The translations under genes were made by a program, and so were the position numbers. From Podarcis tiliguerta (taxonomy: Eukaryota), in assembly GCA_965153285.1 (NCBI GenBank), contig OZ229110.1: a stretch of DNA of 64,000 nt; one strand, written 5' to 3'. Positions 62,759-64,000 of this stretch are shown in pieces; the stretch's first letter is position 1; every line of letters starts with the position of its first letter. Under the pieces are notes generated by a model that saw nothing but the letters and a program-made list of their open reading frames with translations, searched no databases and was not told the origin of the DNA.

Positions 62759-63092
62759 TGGAGTTCCATTCAGAAACAGAAATAGATGTATGGTGCACTC
62801 TTTAGAAATATGAGTCCTGCTTAGGCAATAGTTGCATGCTGAGCATTCACTGAGCAAGGAGTGGGGATGTGCCTCTCGCCCTCCCCTTGACATCAGGTCT
62901 CCATACTAGCCCTGCCCTCTGGTGTCTACATCTTGAGCTTGGTTGCCTGTGAAGGAGTCCACTCTCAAGCAGCTGCTCATGTAGGGATTCCCCTGCAGAA
63001 AAATGTGCATGAAGTGTGAATCTTGGAGGGCAGAGCCAGAATGAGGCCCTATACCTGAGCACTGTGCAAATTGGGCTAGATTGTTGCCCTTA

Positions 63093-63399
63093 AAGGCAAA
63101 GGGACCCCTGACCATTAGGTCCAGTCGTGGCCGACTCTGGGGTTGCGGCGCTCATCTCGCTTTATTGGCCGAGGGAGCCGGCGTACAGCTTCCGGGTCAT
63201 GTGGCCAGCATGACTAAGCCGCTTCTGGCGAACCAGAGCAGCGCATGGAAACGCCGTTTACCTTCCCGCCGGAGCGGTACCTATTTATCTACTTGCACTT
63301 TGACGTGCTTTTGAACTGCTAGGTGGGCAGGAGCCCACCGACCTTCTGATCGGCAAGTCCTAGGCTCTGTGGTTTAACCCACAGCGCCACCTGCGTCCG
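63093..63399 (-). mobile_element. Sauria SINE (subfamily B) with a small deletion removing the B-box region
   Basis: Reverse strand GGACGCAGGTGGCGCTGTGG head. TSD TTGTTGCCCTTA at 63081-63092 and 63400-63411. Confidence 0.93.
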
Positions 63400-63551
63400 T
63401 TGTTGCCCTTATTGAGAAGCATTTTTAAAAAGAAAAAAGAAAATTGGCAGTTAATGATGTCAAATTTTAATACTGAAGTTTTAATTGCCCCACTCTCCTT
63501 GTCTTTTTAATCTCTGTTTTAACACGGTTAAAATGATTTAACTCATTTTGC

Positions 63552-63641
63552 AGTGGAATTCTATGTATGTCTACTCAGGAAGAAGCTCAATCGAGTTCAG
63601 TGGCGCTTTCTCCCAGGCATGTGAGTAAAGGATTGGAGCTG
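63552..63641. repeat. ~90-bp palindromic micro-MITE copy
   Basis: CAGTGGAATTCTATGTATGTCTACTCAGGAAG...GAGTTCAGTGG...AGGATTGGAGCTG. Confidence 0.55.
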
Positions 63642-64000
63642 TGGTGGACTGGAAGGTATCATAAACACTATGGAGGTCCTTATGAGGCTCAAAAGGCAAA
63701 CTCTAAATGTTTTTATATATCAGTAAACTTACTCCTGGTCTTTAAATTTCTTTAGAATTGCAAATAAGAGGTTGCTAGGGTGGGGGGGGGGGGCGGATTG
63801 CAGTTCAAACGGGAAGGCAAAAAGTCCAACATATTGTCCAAGTCTGACTTTGCCTGCTTCTGCCAACTGTTTTTAGGTGTGAGGAATTCAAATAATCTGC
63901 TCTTGTTTTTGTGACTGGACAACATTTAGCTTGGTAAATCTACATTTGATTAAAAAGCACATGAACTGCTCTCAGAAAACCAAAGAATTTTAATTTTCCC

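Noticed and set aside
1-64000. Naming the host gene or exact species
   Set aside because: No exon or uniquely recognisable sequence is visible; only squamate (likely lacertid) origin is supportable from the repeat content.

Overview
Vertebrate nuclear DNA from a squamate reptile, probably a lacertid lizard, judging by the combination of Sauria SINEs, BovB, CR1, L2, Rex1/Babar and many short DNA-transposon MITEs. I can support no host protein-coding exon, RNA gene or CRISPR array. The only recognisable peptides are dead retrotransposon ORF2 fragments. The window reads as a gene desert or very large intron. Eight N-runs (1683 bp in four clusters) sit in AT-rich, TE-poor sequence dense in homeobox, SOX and MEIS motifs. 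Seven of the eight have lengths of the form 8n+4, so they look like a computational mask rather than assembly gaps, plausibly over deeply conserved non-coding elements. Other observations: a MITE family carrying a preserved CTCF-like core; an L2 insertion whose 5' junction holds an exact inverted copy of its own target site; a nested Rex1/Babar + Sauria SINE insertion with an otherwise intact frame and a GNRA-capped 3' hairpin; a ~90-bp TAA-flanked micro-MITE with about 10 copies; and a probable solo LTR. Repeat family names come from recognising sequence by eye, not from a database search.
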